The position numbers and the translations under genes were made by a program. A DNA stretch of 64,000 bases from an uncultured Planctomycetia bacterium. Its GTDB lineage: Bacteria; Omnitrophota; Gorgyraeia; 2-02-FULL-51-18. Below, one piece after another: positions 16,895-26,321 of the stretch (the stretch's first letter is position 1; each line of letters begins with the position of its first letter). The notes under the pieces are model-generated. The model made no database searches and had not been told where the DNA came from. It saw only the letters and a list, made by a program, of their open reading frames with translations. The DNA is taken from assembly GCA_964431835.1 (NCBI GenBank), contig CAYSKO010000003.1, positions 53,132-117,131 on the forward strand, read 5' to 3'.

Positions 16895-18165
16895 GAGCGG
16901 GCGTCCCGGGCGAGCCGGATGCCGGAAAACTGCCAGCGGTCCGACGGGCGGAAAAAATTACGGTACGAGACACGGATGTGGGAGCGCGGCGTCGCGCACG
17001 AGCCTCCGCGGAGAACCATGCGGTTCGACATGAATTTGCCGTTGTACTCCCCGAGCGCTCCGTCGGCTGGACGGAACCCCGGATAGGGAGCGTACGCGCT
17101 CGAGGTCCATTCCCAGACATCGCCGAAAAGCTGGGCGATCCCGCGGCCCCCGGGGGCGCGACGCGGACGGAGCCGCCCGGTTTCGAGAAAATTTCCTACG
17201 ATGCGTTCGGGACCCGCGGCGTATTCCCACTCAAATTCGGTCGGCAGGCGTGCGCCGCTCCACCGCGCGTAGGCGTCGGCTTCGTAAAAACTCACGTGGC
17301 AAACCGGCTCTTCGGGATCTACCGGACGCATCCCCTCCAAAGTGAAATGCCGCCAATCGCGCCCGTGACGCTCCCAGTACAGCGGGGCTTCCCATGTGTG
17401 GGTGCGCACTTCATCCCATCCGTCGGAAAGCCAGAGCTCCGGCCTGCGGTACCCGCCATCTTCGATGAACGCGGCGAATTCGCCGCACGTGGTCGGGCGC
17501 TCGGCCAAAAGAAATTCTTCGCAGCGGACACGGTGCCGCGGGGTCTCGTTATCGTAGGAAAAACCGCTCCCCGAGTGCCCCGCCTCCGTCTCCGCGGCGG
17601 GATACGCGCGCCAGCGCGCAGGCGTCCCGGCGGCCAGCTCCGCTTCTTCTTCGTCCGGCAAACGGTAGGCCGGCCGAAGCGGGTTCGACCCGAAGAGATG
17701 TTTCACGTCCGTCAGAAGGAGTTCCTGGTGCTGTTCCTCGTGATGGAGGCCCGTTTCGACGAGCCGTTCGAGCTCGGAGTCCGCGCCCGTGCCGATGAGC
17801 GCTTCCATTCGCGCGTCGACTGCGGCGCGGTAGCGCATCACTTCCGCGAGCGGCGGACGCGAAAGCAAACCGCGTTCTGCGCGCGGCTGACGTGGGCCGA
17901 GCGTTTCGTAGTACGAATTGAACAGATAGGCGTATTTGGGGTGGAACGGGCGGTGGCCTGAAACGAAAGGAGCGAGAACGAGAGTCTCAAAAAACCACGC
18001 CGTGTGTCCCAGATGCCATTTGACGGGACTCGCGTCGGGCATGGACTGGAGCGCGCAATCCTCGGCGCTCAGCGCCGAGGCGAGGGCCTCCGTGCGGGAG
18101 CGGACCTCCTTATAACGCGACACCAGGAGAAAATCGCAGGTGCGGGCATGCACGGTCGCGGCCAT
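16891..18165 (-). CDS. egtB: ergothioneine biosynthesis sulfoxide synthase EgtB (DinB_2 + FGE-sulfatase domains)
   Basis: DinB_2 N-domain HLGHTAWFFETLVL…HHEEQHQELLLTDV, then an FGE-type C-domain. Stop overlaps the egtD start (ATGA). Confidence 0.85.
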   Translation of the reverse strand: MAATVHARTCDFLLVSRYKEVRSRTEALASALSAEDCALQSMPDASPVKWHLGHTAWFFETLVLAPFVSGHRPFHPKYAYLFNSYYETLGPRQPRAERGLLSRPPLAEVMRYRAAVDARMEALIGTGADSELERLVETGLHHEEQHQELLLTDVKHLFGSNPLRPAYRLPDEEEAELAAGTPARWRAYPAAETEAGHSGSGFSYDNETPRHRVRCEEFLLAERPTTCGEFAAFIEDGGYRRPELWLSDGWDEVRTHTWEAPLYWERHGRDWRHFTLEGMRPVDPEEPVCHVSFYEADAYARWSGARLPTEFEWEYAAGPERIVGNFLETGRLRPRRAPGGRGIAQLFGDVWEWTSSAYAPYPGFRPADGALGEYNGKFMSNRMVLRGGSCATPRSHIRVSYRNFFRPSDRWQFSGIRLARDARS

Positions 18166-18192
18166 AGGGACCCCCAGATTGATATCCTTCTC

Positions 18193-18247
18193 TTATACGC
18201 GCCTGGCGATTAAAAGGGGGTTAGATTTGGATTAAAAGTTTTTAATC
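18193..18247 (-). promoter_or_regulatory. copy B of the 55-bp AT-rich stress element (upstream of egtB)
   Basis: TTATACGCGCCTGGCGATTAAAAGGGGGTTAGATTTGGATTAAAAGTTTTTAATC. The stop (TAA 18242-44) of the upstream 825-aa gene is embedded in the TTTTTAATC arm. TATAAG lies 26 nt before the egtB ATG on the coding strand. Confidence 0.5.
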
Positions 18248-20719
18248 GCGGGTTCTTTCGCGGGATTCTTTTTCGATCTCCCGCCGGCCGGTCTTGGGAT
18301 CCGTCCGCATCACCCACGCACGGGACGAAAGCGGAAGGCCGTCCAAGCTCGGTGCGTCCTCCTCGGGGACGTGGATGTCGACGACGAGGGGCCAGTGGTC
18401 TGACGATTGCCGGTCGAGCGAAGTCGTGGGGACGCGGATGCCGGTCACTTGGATGCGCGGGCCGACGAACACGTGGTCGATCCGCCCGAGCCCCATCCAC
18501 GTGTTCTGCGGACGGTGCGCGTTGAGATGAAGCTGCGTGTCGCGCAAAACCGAACCGATCTTGCGGTAAGCCGGAGACGTCGGCAGCGCATTAAAATCGC
18601 CGCACAGGACGACCGGCCCCGAACACGCCGAATTCGCGAGCCAGTCGGCGCCGGAGAGCGCCTCCGCCTGGAGCAAACGCTCGGCGGGCCAAATGCTCAG
18701 GTGGGAATTGATAAGCTGTAGCTTGGTGAACCCGATGTCGATCGCGACCCACATAGCCCCGCGCGGCTCGAGATCTTTGCGCAGCTGCGGAAGCGGCGCG
18801 ACTTTCACGAGGTACATCGGGAAACGCGAGAGGATCGCGTTTCCGTACTGGCCGTCCTCGATGAGGAAGGTCGGGTGGAAATGAAACGTCATGTCGAGCC
18901 GCCGGGCGATCTGTTCGACTTGGTCCACGCAGCCCGAGCGCGAGCGGCCGACGTCGAGCTCTTGTAGCGTGACGACGTCGGCGTCGTGCCGCGCGATCAC
19001 GCGCGCGATACGTTCGGGCGAGCATTTTCCGTCGAGGCCCACGCAGCCGTGCACGTTGTATGTCATGATCCGGACGGTACGGAGCGACGCAGGGCGGAAC
19101 GCGCGTTTCACGCGGCCGTCCGAGCGGCCGAGCACGCGGAGCGCGGCTTCCCGGATATGCGCGGGCCGGAGATAGGGCTTTTCGAGCGGCGGGAGTGGCG
19201 CGTCCGACGTCAAAAGCGCGAAGCCGTGCGTCTCCTGCGGTCCCGCCCCGGCGTGGCTGCCGTGTTCGAGCGGGAAACTGGACGACTGCGCTCCGTGACG
19301 CCAGCCGAGAATGATGAAGTCGCCTGCGTCGGGGTGATGAGCGAGAGCGGCGACGTCCCGCGCGGCTTCTTCGAGAAAAGGATGATCTGGTCCGAGGAGC
19401 CGCGCGGCATCGGCGGGCAAAGAAAAACGGCCGTCTTCGGTCCATACGAGCGCTTCTTCAGGCCGGCTCGGCAGCATCACCGCGGGCACGCCCAGACGAG
19501 CGGGCATCTCGGACGCGAAGCGTTCTTTGTCGCACGCGTCCATCTCGCCCGGCACGTAGACGTGCGCGATCGGACCCATCGCGGTCACGATCACGCGCGA
19601 AGGGGTCAGGCTTTCGTCGGCCGGCTCTTCCCCCGGGCGCGAGTCGAGCGCGTGCGACTCGAGAAGACCGGCCCCGGATTCCCAATGCGAAAGAGGCCCC
19701 GGATCGTCCGAATGGACGCGCTTGCCGAAAAATTCCGCGACCGCGGCCTCGAGCGAGCGACCGTTCTTCTGCGTATAGGAGTGGGCGTTTTCCTGGCCGT
19801 GATCGGAATAAACCCAAACGTCGTAATGGCGCTGCGCCGAGCGGTGGGCCGATCTCCACACGCGCCCGATCGCGTCGTCGATGCCGCGGAGCGACCAATG
19901 CGCGAACTTGGAAGTGGGCCCGCGCCGGTGCGACTGCTCGTCGTACCCGAGAAGATTCAAATGAATGACCGGCAGGCCGCGCGCGACGTCGATCGTCGCG
20001 CCTGCGATCACGAGCTCCCGCAGAAGCACGCAGACCGCCACGCGTGTCGGGACGAATTCGAGCTCCTTCCAAAAACGTTTACCCGCGAACGTTCCGCGTA
20101 CGCAGTCGATCGTGGCAAGGACGAACTCGATCACCATGAGAATCGCGGTGCGCAAGAGAATGTCGAAATAAAGCACCATCAGAATCGGAAGGACGAGCGG
20201 ATTCGGAGCGCAGAAAAGGGCCTTCCAGCCGATTTTCGCCGCGCAGAAGCGCGCGTCTTTCGCTCCCCCGGTGAACACGTTCGAATAGGAGCTGCCTTCG
20301 GCGAGGAGACCGGGAGCAACCTTCTCGAGTCGCCGTTCGACTTCGCTTGCCGACGCGGTGTCGTACATTTTGAATATGCGGCCGCTTTTTCGGTCGAGGT
20401 AGCTGAAGGCGGGCACGCAACTTTTGACGCCGTAGAAGATTTCCCCCTGGACGGAGGGCGTGTTGGAAGGCATGCCGGAATAATGGGAGTGGAGCGTGTA
20501 GTTTTCGTGATCGACGAGCCGCTTGAGGAACGGCATATCGTGCGCAGAGAGAGCGCGCGTCAGCTGCGGGCGGGAAAGACCGTCGATCTGGACCATGACG
20601 AGGCCCGGCGTCGTCGGCGAAGCGTTCGCGCGGGAAAGACCGAGAAGACGAATGGCCCACTCGCTCCGGCTGAAGACGCGACGGAACACCCGGACGACCC
20701 GGCTCAGTTTAAATACCAT
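18242..20719 (-). CDS. membrane-associated bifunctional phosphoesterase: N-terminal alkaline-phosphatase-superfamily (type I phosphodiesterase/nucleotide pyrophosphatase-like) domain, TM segments, C-terminal endonuclease/exonuclease/phosphatase (EEP) domain
   Basis: N-terminal MVQIDGLSRPQLT…HYSGMPSNTPSVQ (AP-superfamily metal site). Hydrophobic helices around residues 170-230. C-terminal EEP signature RIMTYNVHGCVGLDGK…VVTLQELD…GDFNALPTSPAY…SDHWPLVVDI. Confidence 0.6.
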   Translation of the reverse strand: MVFKLSRVVRVFRRVFSRSEWAIRLLGLSRANASPTTPGLVMVQIDGLSRPQLTRALSAHDMPFLKRLVDHENYTLHSHYSGMPSNTPSVQGEIFYGVKSCVPAFSYLDRKSGRIFKMYDTASASEVERRLEKVAPGLLAEGSSYSNVFTGGAKDARFCAAKIGWKALFCAPNPLVLPILMVLYFDILLRTAILMVIEFVLATIDCVRGTFAGKRFWKELEFVPTRVAVCVLLRELVIAGATIDVARGLPVIHLNLLGYDEQSHRRGPTSKFAHWSLRGIDDAIGRVWRSAHRSAQRHYDVWVYSDHGQENAHSYTQKNGRSLEAAVAEFFGKRVHSDDPGPLSHWESGAGLLESHALDSRPGEEPADESLTPSRVIVTAMGPIAHVYVPGEMDACDKERFASEMPARLGVPAVMLPSRPEEALVWTEDGRFSLPADAARLLGPDHPFLEEAARDVAALAHHPDAGDFIILGWRHGAQSSSFPLEHGSHAGAGPQETHGFALLTSDAPLPPLEKPYLRPAHIREAALRVLGRSDGRVKRAFRPASLRTVRIMTYNVHGCVGLDGKCSPERIARVIARHDADVVTLQELDVGRSRSGCVDQVEQIARRLDMTFHFHPTFLIEDGQYGNAILSRFPMYLVKVAPLPQLRKDLEPRGAMWVAIDIGFTKLQLINSHLSIWPAERLLQAEALSGADWLANSACSGPVVLCGDFNALPTSPAYRKIGSVLRDTQLHLNAHRPQNTWMGLGRIDHVFVGPRIQVTGIRVPTTSLDRQSSDHWPLVVDIHVPEEDAPSLDGLPLSSRAWVMRTDPKTGRREIEKESRERTRD

Positions 20720-20846
20720 CGGGACCGAACGGACCGCGGCGCCAGGACCACGCGATGGCCGCGCCGAGATAACCTATGACCGCGAACGCATACAGGCAGA
20801 GAAAAAGACTGAATACTTCTTCGGGGCGGAGCGGATAGAGGTTCAT
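20709..20846 (-). CDS. unannotated small membrane ORF (45 aa) overlapping the start of the phosphoesterase gene by 11 nt
   Basis: Minus-strand ATG at 20846, GAGGAGG 12 nt upstream. MNLYPLRPEEVFSLFLCLYAFAVIGYLGAAIAWSWRRGPFGPDGI. Below the track cutoff. Confidence 0.3.
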   Translation of the reverse strand: MNLYPLRPEEVFSLFLCLYAFAVIGYLGAAIAWSWRRGPFGPDGI

Positions 20847-20956
20847 GGGGTTGGCGGTCCTCCTCAGAACCGGTCGGGAATGACTCGGGCTTAACGTTTT
20901 TTTAAAGCGGGGCGAAACCCTCCGTAGACCCCCGGATCGATCCTGCCCAGAGAACG

Positions 20957-21010
20957 TTATAGCGCGGACGTAATTAAAGAGGCCTTAAATTAAGATTAGA
21001 AGTTTTTAAC
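20957..21010 (-). promoter_or_regulatory. copy C of the 55-bp AT-rich stress element (upstream of small ORF + phosphoesterase)
   Basis: TTATAGCGCGGACGTAATTAAAGAGGCCTTAAATTAAGATTAGAAGTTTTTAAC. TATAAC lies ~108 nt before the small-ORF ATG on the coding strand. Confidence 0.4.
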
Positions 21011-21149
21011 CCTGTCGGTGACTCCGATTGGAGCCACGAGCGAGCACTTCCACGCTCTAGGGAAATTCGCGTTCATCGCGATCTTGTTGCGGGAGTAAAG
21101 CCGCGCGTCGCGGCACTTTTGGAAAGCGAGGCGGGGGATTTGGGCGCCC

Positions 21150-22430
21150 TCAGACGACGACCGCCTCCGTGCTTTCTTTTTTTGCGAGCGATTCCTTCGT
21201 CGCCTTCCCGATGTTCTTGAAGATTTTCCATTCGGCTTTCAGGACGCGCATTGTCGTGGCCCACTTCCCGCCTGCGGCGTCGGTGCGGCGTCGGGACCGG
21301 CGCGTGAGACGCGAATACACTTCGAGCGCCTTGGCTGCGGAGCGCGGCATGGAATATTCGGCGGCGGTCTTAAGACACGCCTCCCGGAGGGCTGAGCGGG
21401 CCTCGGGCGAAAGATCCGCCGCCCATTCGAGCGCGCCCGCGAAGGTCTCTTCGTCTTCCGCCGGAAGGAGCCGGCCGCTCGTCAGGTCCACGACGATGTC
21501 ACGGACGCCGCAGGCGTCGACCGCGACGACAGGGACACCCGCCGAGAACGCTTCCGCGAGGACTAGGCCCTGCGTCTCGCTCTGCGACGCGAACGCGAAC
21601 ACGTCGATCGCGTGGTAGGCGTCGACGAGCGCCTGGTCCTTCACGATGCCGATGGCATGCACTCGGTCCGAAACCCCCGCTTCATCGAAAATCGCGTGGA
21701 CCGCGTCTTCCGAAGGCCCTTTGCCCGCCAGAAGGAAATGCGCTTCGGTGCGTTTTTTTAGGAACCGGGCGACGGCGCGCGCGGTGAACTCGAGATTTTT
21801 TTCCGGGGCGAGGCGTCCGATGTGCCCCACGACGAACGCGCCGGAGGGGATCCCCGCGCTCCGGCGGCACTCTTCGCGGTTGCCCGAAGCGAAGCGCTCG
21901 ACGTCGATCCCCGTCGGAACCACGTCGATGGGGCTTTCCACGCCGCGTTCGCGCAGCATGTGCATGACGGACGCGCTGGGCGCGATCACGTGGTCGGCGA
22001 GATTGGAATAGCCGACCGCCAGCTCCACCACGAAGCGCGTCAGACGCTCGGATTCGCCATGGGTGACGTAATGCATGTTCTGCTCGAAGAGGGTGTGGTG
22101 TGTGAAAACGAGCGGCACTTTGTGTTTATGGGCCACGCGCAGCGCGGTGGCGCCCATGAGAAAAGGGTGGTGCGAATGAACCACTTCCGGACGAAACTCT
22201 CCGAGCGCCTCGGCCAGCACGACCGGCACCGGAAATTTGAGCGAAAAGGGCGTACCGTGGACGTTCTTCATCGAAGGCACGCGGATGACTCCGCGCTCTT
22301 CGCCGTCCGTGCCCTCGAAAGCGGGCGCGACCACGACGACGTTGTGGCCGTAACGGCGGTATTCCTCGGTGAAAGCCTCGATGGATTTTTCCAAGCCGCC
22401 CACGATCGGCTTGTAGGTATTGGTCATCAT
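21150..22430 (-). CDS. GT4-family glycosyltransferase
   Basis: ORF 21150..22664 trimmed to ATG 22430 (MMTNTYKPIVGGLEKS, typical GT4 N-terminus). Catalytic C-domain E-x7-E region …SQSETQGLVLAEAFSAGVPVVA. Confidence 0.75.
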   Translation of the reverse strand: MMTNTYKPIVGGLEKSIEAFTEEYRRYGHNVVVVAPAFEGTDGEERGVIRVPSMKNVHGTPFSLKFPVPVVLAEALGEFRPEVVHSHHPFLMGATALRVAHKHKVPLVFTHHTLFEQNMHYVTHGESERLTRFVVELAVGYSNLADHVIAPSASVMHMLRERGVESPIDVVPTGIDVERFASGNREECRRSAGIPSGAFVVGHIGRLAPEKNLEFTARAVARFLKKRTEAHFLLAGKGPSEDAVHAIFDEAGVSDRVHAIGIVKDQALVDAYHAIDVFAFASQSETQGLVLAEAFSAGVPVVAVDACGVRDIVVDLTSGRLLPAEDEETFAGALEWAADLSPEARSALREACLKTAAEYSMPRSAAKALEVYSRLTRRSRRRTDAAGGKWATTMRVLKAEWKIFKNIGKATKESLAKKESTEAVVV

Positions 22431-22438
22431 GAGAATGT

Positions 22439-24718
22439 TCACCGAGCGCCTCCGAGCGGGTTGACTAATACGGAACCCGCGGACGTGCGGGCCGTCGCGG
22501 GAACGAAACCGGGCAGGCGAATCGCGATCTCCGGCCCTTCGCCACGCCACTGTCCGCTCCAAGTGACCCGCATGCCTCCGTTTTCTGGACGGAGTTCGAC
22601 CGAAACGGGGCCCCACGTGGTCGCCGTTTCTCCGAAGGACATCGGCTCGCCCGACGCGGTCCACTCCGGGGGAATCCCCGCGGCGATCACGAGCCTGTTT
22701 TCGGCCTCTTCTTCACGAACGAACATGTTACGGAGCATGAGAACCCATTCGGCTGCGGCCCAAACGTGCTGGCCATCCCCCATGCAGCCGCCTTTCGTCT
22801 GCGGGTGGACGGCCTCGGGCCACTGCCCCGTGGGCGACGCCAGGCGAGCGATGGCCTGCGTGAGATCGAAATGACGCGGGTCGCCCGCCCGCAGGAGGAT
22901 CTGCGCCACGTGGAGGGTGAGGTAGGGATTGATTCCGGAATGGCTGATCTGCTGGAAGAAGCCGCCTTCCACGAAGTAATCGCGCATGAGAAAATTCGCC
23001 GTGTCCGTCAGCCGGGGGTCGGCCGGCTTCCAAAGCTGGAGTGGGTAACCGCCCGCGATCGAACCGATCGAACCCGCGTCGAGGCGGCGGTACGGCGACG
23101 CCGGCACCGCCGCAGTGCCGGGAAAAGTCGCCGACGCGACGCTGCGGTCGACGCACGCTGAGAAATCGGCGGATTCGCGCCGGAAGACGGCCGCGTCGCC
23201 GGAGGCGCCGTACCGGTCGCAAAGCCACGCCGCCGCCTCGAGTCCCGCGATCGACCAGAAATCGTCCCAATAGTAAAAATCGTTGGGCCCCAAATGTTCC
23301 GCGCTGAATCCCGCGGGCATGAGTCCGGCGTGGCCTTTGCCGGAATCGGAGGCCAGACGTTTACGGACGATCCATTTGCCGGCTCTCAAGATCGAGTTCT
23401 TCCAAGCGGCCTTCGGGTCTTTTCCGGTCAGCTCGCACCAGCGGCGCATGGTCCAGAGCGCCTCTCCATTCGAATCCCACTCCCCTTCCTGCGAGAGGAA
23501 ATAACCGAACGGCGTTTGCCGGGAGGGAAAGCGATCGATCACCCGTTCCGCGCGGTGCGCGAGCCCCACGCAGATGAGCGCGTGGAGGATAAACGCGGCG
23601 TCCCGGAACCAGAAACGTTTGTAGGTGTAGGGACCGGGGTAAACATCGCCGGGCGAATGGAGAACGAGCGTGCGGATCGCCGCCTCGTAGAGAAAACGGA
23701 AATGCGCGTCCGGCACCACCAGCCGCGAGTGGCCCCGCAGGCTTTCCTCCCATTCCATCGGTTCGGGATCTTTCGGCGCGTGCTTGAGCGCCGACCGGAG
23801 CGCCGATTTCTTCGGGAGAGACGTGGAGGCGACGATCGTCCGCCGCTTGCCCGGTTCCAGACGGTAGAGCGCCGCGGCCGTCGCCATGCCGACGTCGCAT
23901 TTGACTTCACCCTCGCTTGCGGTGTCGTCCAGGCGCCGGGAGACGTCGCCGCGTTCGTAGCGCGAGAAGCGCAACCGTTCGGGCGCCTCGCTGAGCCGCA
24001 CGTAATTCTTCCCGTTCACCTTCCAGCCCGGCTGGTCTTCGGTCGAGGCGATGTGATGGATGAAGCTCACTCCTTCGGGGTTGTAGGGCCGAAGCGAAAC
24101 CACGAGCCACGCGGGCACGTCGGAAAGCGCTTCGTAACGCATGCGGCACACGGTCTCCCCGGCGGCGTGACCGACTTCCGCGCGGGCGAAAAGCTCGCGG
24201 CCGGCGGAGGCTGAACGCGTCTCCACGGAAAGCCCGTCTCCCATCGAAAGTTTTTGCTCGGCGTCGCGGACGCGCGCGGGAACCAGCGGAGCAGCTCCGT
24301 CCGGGAAAATCCACGCGTCCACCGACCAGCCGTCGAAAAGGGGCGTCACGAGACCCCGGGGATCGACGATCGGCATTTCGTCGCTGTCCGGAACGCCGAC
24401 GGCGGTCCAATTCCGGTGCGTGAGATTGATGTGGGTGACGTTGAAAGCGCGCGGCACGAAAGCCACGTCGTACGGGTCGAACTGGCGCTCGACCCAAAAC
24501 GGCCAGATCCAGTCCAGATTATGCTGAATCGCCTGGCTGTTCATGAGACCCCGGGCCTGGAGGACGGCGCCGGCGCGCAAAAGCTCGGTCGGGGCCATCA
24601 CTTCGCTGGGCTGGGAAAAACGCTGAAGGCTCGAAAGAAGCGAGATCGGGTCGAGGAAGCCCTGTGCGCGCGCCACGCGGCGCACGACAAACCTCCACGG
24701 AATCCATTTCATCCACAT
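22439..24718 (-). CDS. (alpha/alpha)6-barrel glycoside hydrolase, GH63/GH15-like (possible compatible-solute glycoside hydrolase)
   Basis: 759 aa. Motifs FWFRDAAFILHAL and GYFLSQEGEWDSNGEALWT are typical of six-hairpin glycosidases. The exact family is not resolvable by eye. Confidence 0.5.
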   Translation of the reverse strand: MWMKWIPWRFVVRRVARAQGFLDPISLLSSLQRFSQPSEVMAPTELLRAGAVLQARGLMNSQAIQHNLDWIWPFWVERQFDPYDVAFVPRAFNVTHINLTHRNWTAVGVPDSDEMPIVDPRGLVTPLFDGWSVDAWIFPDGAAPLVPARVRDAEQKLSMGDGLSVETRSASAGRELFARAEVGHAAGETVCRMRYEALSDVPAWLVVSLRPYNPEGVSFIHHIASTEDQPGWKVNGKNYVRLSEAPERLRFSRYERGDVSRRLDDTASEGEVKCDVGMATAAALYRLEPGKRRTIVASTSLPKKSALRSALKHAPKDPEPMEWEESLRGHSRLVVPDAHFRFLYEAAIRTLVLHSPGDVYPGPYTYKRFWFRDAAFILHALICVGLAHRAERVIDRFPSRQTPFGYFLSQEGEWDSNGEALWTMRRWCELTGKDPKAAWKNSILRAGKWIVRKRLASDSGKGHAGLMPAGFSAEHLGPNDFYYWDDFWSIAGLEAAAWLCDRYGASGDAAVFRRESADFSACVDRSVASATFPGTAAVPASPYRRLDAGSIGSIAGGYPLQLWKPADPRLTDTANFLMRDYFVEGGFFQQISHSGINPYLTLHVAQILLRAGDPRHFDLTQAIARLASPTGQWPEAVHPQTKGGCMGDGQHVWAAAEWVLMLRNMFVREEEAENRLVIAAGIPPEWTASGEPMSFGETATTWGPVSVELRPENGGMRVTWSGQWRGEGPEIAIRLPGFVPATARTSAGSVLVNPLGGAR

Positions 24719-24780
24719 ACGTTTGGCGGCGTCCCTTCGGTCGGAGAGAGCTCTATTTTACCACGAAAGACGCGCGGAGG

Positions 24781-26310
24781 CTATTGCGGCGCGGGGACGT
24801 CTAGGGGCTTCAGATTCCGCGTCGCTGGGCCGGTAAGGACCGAGCCGTCGCACCCGAACCGCGACCCGTGGCACGGGCAGTCGAAGCTTTTCTCCGCGCC
24901 GTTCCACTGGACGACGCATCCCAGATGCGTGCACGTGGCGGAGAACACGCTCAGTTCGCCCGTTTCGTCCCGGAAAGCCGCGGCTTTGCCCGGTCCGCGG
25001 CGGAAAATGCCGCCTTCGCCGGGAGCGAGGTCTTCGGGGGAGTCCAGATCCTCCTTTTTCACGCGGTCGGCGGCGAATTGGGTGACGACGTTGAGGTTTT
25101 CCTCGAGGAAGGTCATCGCCGAGCGGACGTTCTTGCGCGTCGGCTCGTAGATATCCGCCCACGCGTTCTTCTTTCCGGCGATCAGGTCCGCCAAAAGCAC
25201 CGCGGCGAGCGTGCCGTACGTCATTCCGTTTCCCGAATAGCCCGTGGCGATGTAGATGCTGTCGTGATAGGGACTGCGGCCGATGAAAGCCAACGAATCG
25301 ACGGGCTCGATCACCTGACCCGACCATCGGTACTCCGCTTCCCCGGCCATCGGGTAACGGGCGCGCGTCCATTCGTCCAATTCGAGGAACGGGCGCTCGT
25401 AATCGTCGTTCTGCCCCGTCTTGTGATCGCGGCCGCCGACGATCAGGTAATCGGAGGTGGGTTCCCGGTGCACGCGCACGTAGTTGTACGGGTCGTCCGT
25501 GTCCCACGCCAGCACATCCGGGACCGAGTCCTTCGGAACGCGGTACGCGGTGGCGTACGTGCGGTACGCGGATTCCTTCAGGAAGAAAAGGACGTTTTTG
25601 ATCGGTGAATGCGTTGCGACGACGACCCTGTTGGCCGTGATCTTGAATCCGCCACGCGTCTGCACGCCGTCCGGCTCGACCCGCTCGACGAACGTGTCGG
25701 TGAAGATCGTCCCCTTTTGCCGGACGATCGCCTTCACGAGACCTTCGAGATAGCGCATCGGATGGAACGCCGCCTGGCGCGGAACGCGCAGCGTCGGACC
25801 CGTTTCGAAGAAAGGGTAAGGCCCGCTCGGGAGAAGCTCCGCCTCGAAACCTGCAGACCGTGCGCCGACCAGCTCTTTCTCGAGAATCTTCGAACCGTCT
25901 TCCGGATGCAGGAAAAGGTAGCCGTCGACCCGGCGAAAATCGCAGTCGATTTTTTCCTCGGCAACGATGGATTCGATCCGGTCGATCGCCTCGCACTGGC
26001 TCGCGGCCACCGCGCGCGCCGTCTCGGCGCCGTGCATCTTTTGGATCTCCGCGTAGCCGAAATCCAGAAACGCCGAAATATGCGCCGTCGTGCGGCCTGT
26101 CTCGCCGGAGCCCACCGCGCCGGAGTCCACCAAGGCCACGCGGTACCCTTCCTTCGAGAGAAGGTACGCGAGCGTCGTTCCGGTGATGCCGGCCCCGACG
26201 ACCACCACGTCGACGTCGATGTCGCGGTCGAGCGTTTCGAATCGAAGCGAAGGCGCGGTGGCGGTCCAAAGCGGTTCGAGATTCCCCGGCGTGCGGTTGG
26301 AGCGGATCAT
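24781..26310 (-). CDS. FAD-dependent oxidoreductase (DAO family) fused to a C-terminal Rieske [2Fe-2S] domain
   Basis: ORF 24781..27102 trimmed to ATG 26310 (MIRSNRTPG…); the upstream part is Arg-rich and overlaps the real Gfo gene. Dinucleotide fold VVVVGAGITGTTLAYLL. Rieske motifs CTHLGC…CPCHGSRF at the C-terminus. Confidence 0.75.
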   Translation of the reverse strand: MIRSNRTPGNLEPLWTATAPSLRFETLDRDIDVDVVVVGAGITGTTLAYLLSKEGYRVALVDSGAVGSGETGRTTAHISAFLDFGYAEIQKMHGAETARAVAASQCEAIDRIESIVAEEKIDCDFRRVDGYLFLHPEDGSKILEKELVGARSAGFEAELLPSGPYPFFETGPTLRVPRQAAFHPMRYLEGLVKAIVRQKGTIFTDTFVERVEPDGVQTRGGFKITANRVVVATHSPIKNVLFFLKESAYRTYATAYRVPKDSVPDVLAWDTDDPYNYVRVHREPTSDYLIVGGRDHKTGQNDDYERPFLELDEWTRARYPMAGEAEYRWSGQVIEPVDSLAFIGRSPYHDSIYIATGYSGNGMTYGTLAAVLLADLIAGKKNAWADIYEPTRKNVRSAMTFLEENLNVVTQFAADRVKKEDLDSPEDLAPGEGGIFRRGPGKAAAFRDETGELSVFSATCTHLGCVVQWNGAEKSFDCPCHGSRFGCDGSVLTGPATRNLKPLDVPAPQ

Positions 26311-26321
26311 GGGACGGCCTC

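Noticed and set aside
13427-19445. Numerous 200-440-aa antisense ORFs in the track (e.g. 13488..14807 -, 16176..17120 -, 16978..17961 +, 18591..19445 -, 18986..20779 +)
   Set aside because: All are Arg/Gly/Pro-rich frames overlapping strongly supported genes (treZ, egtD, egtB, phosphoesterase). They are not independent genes.
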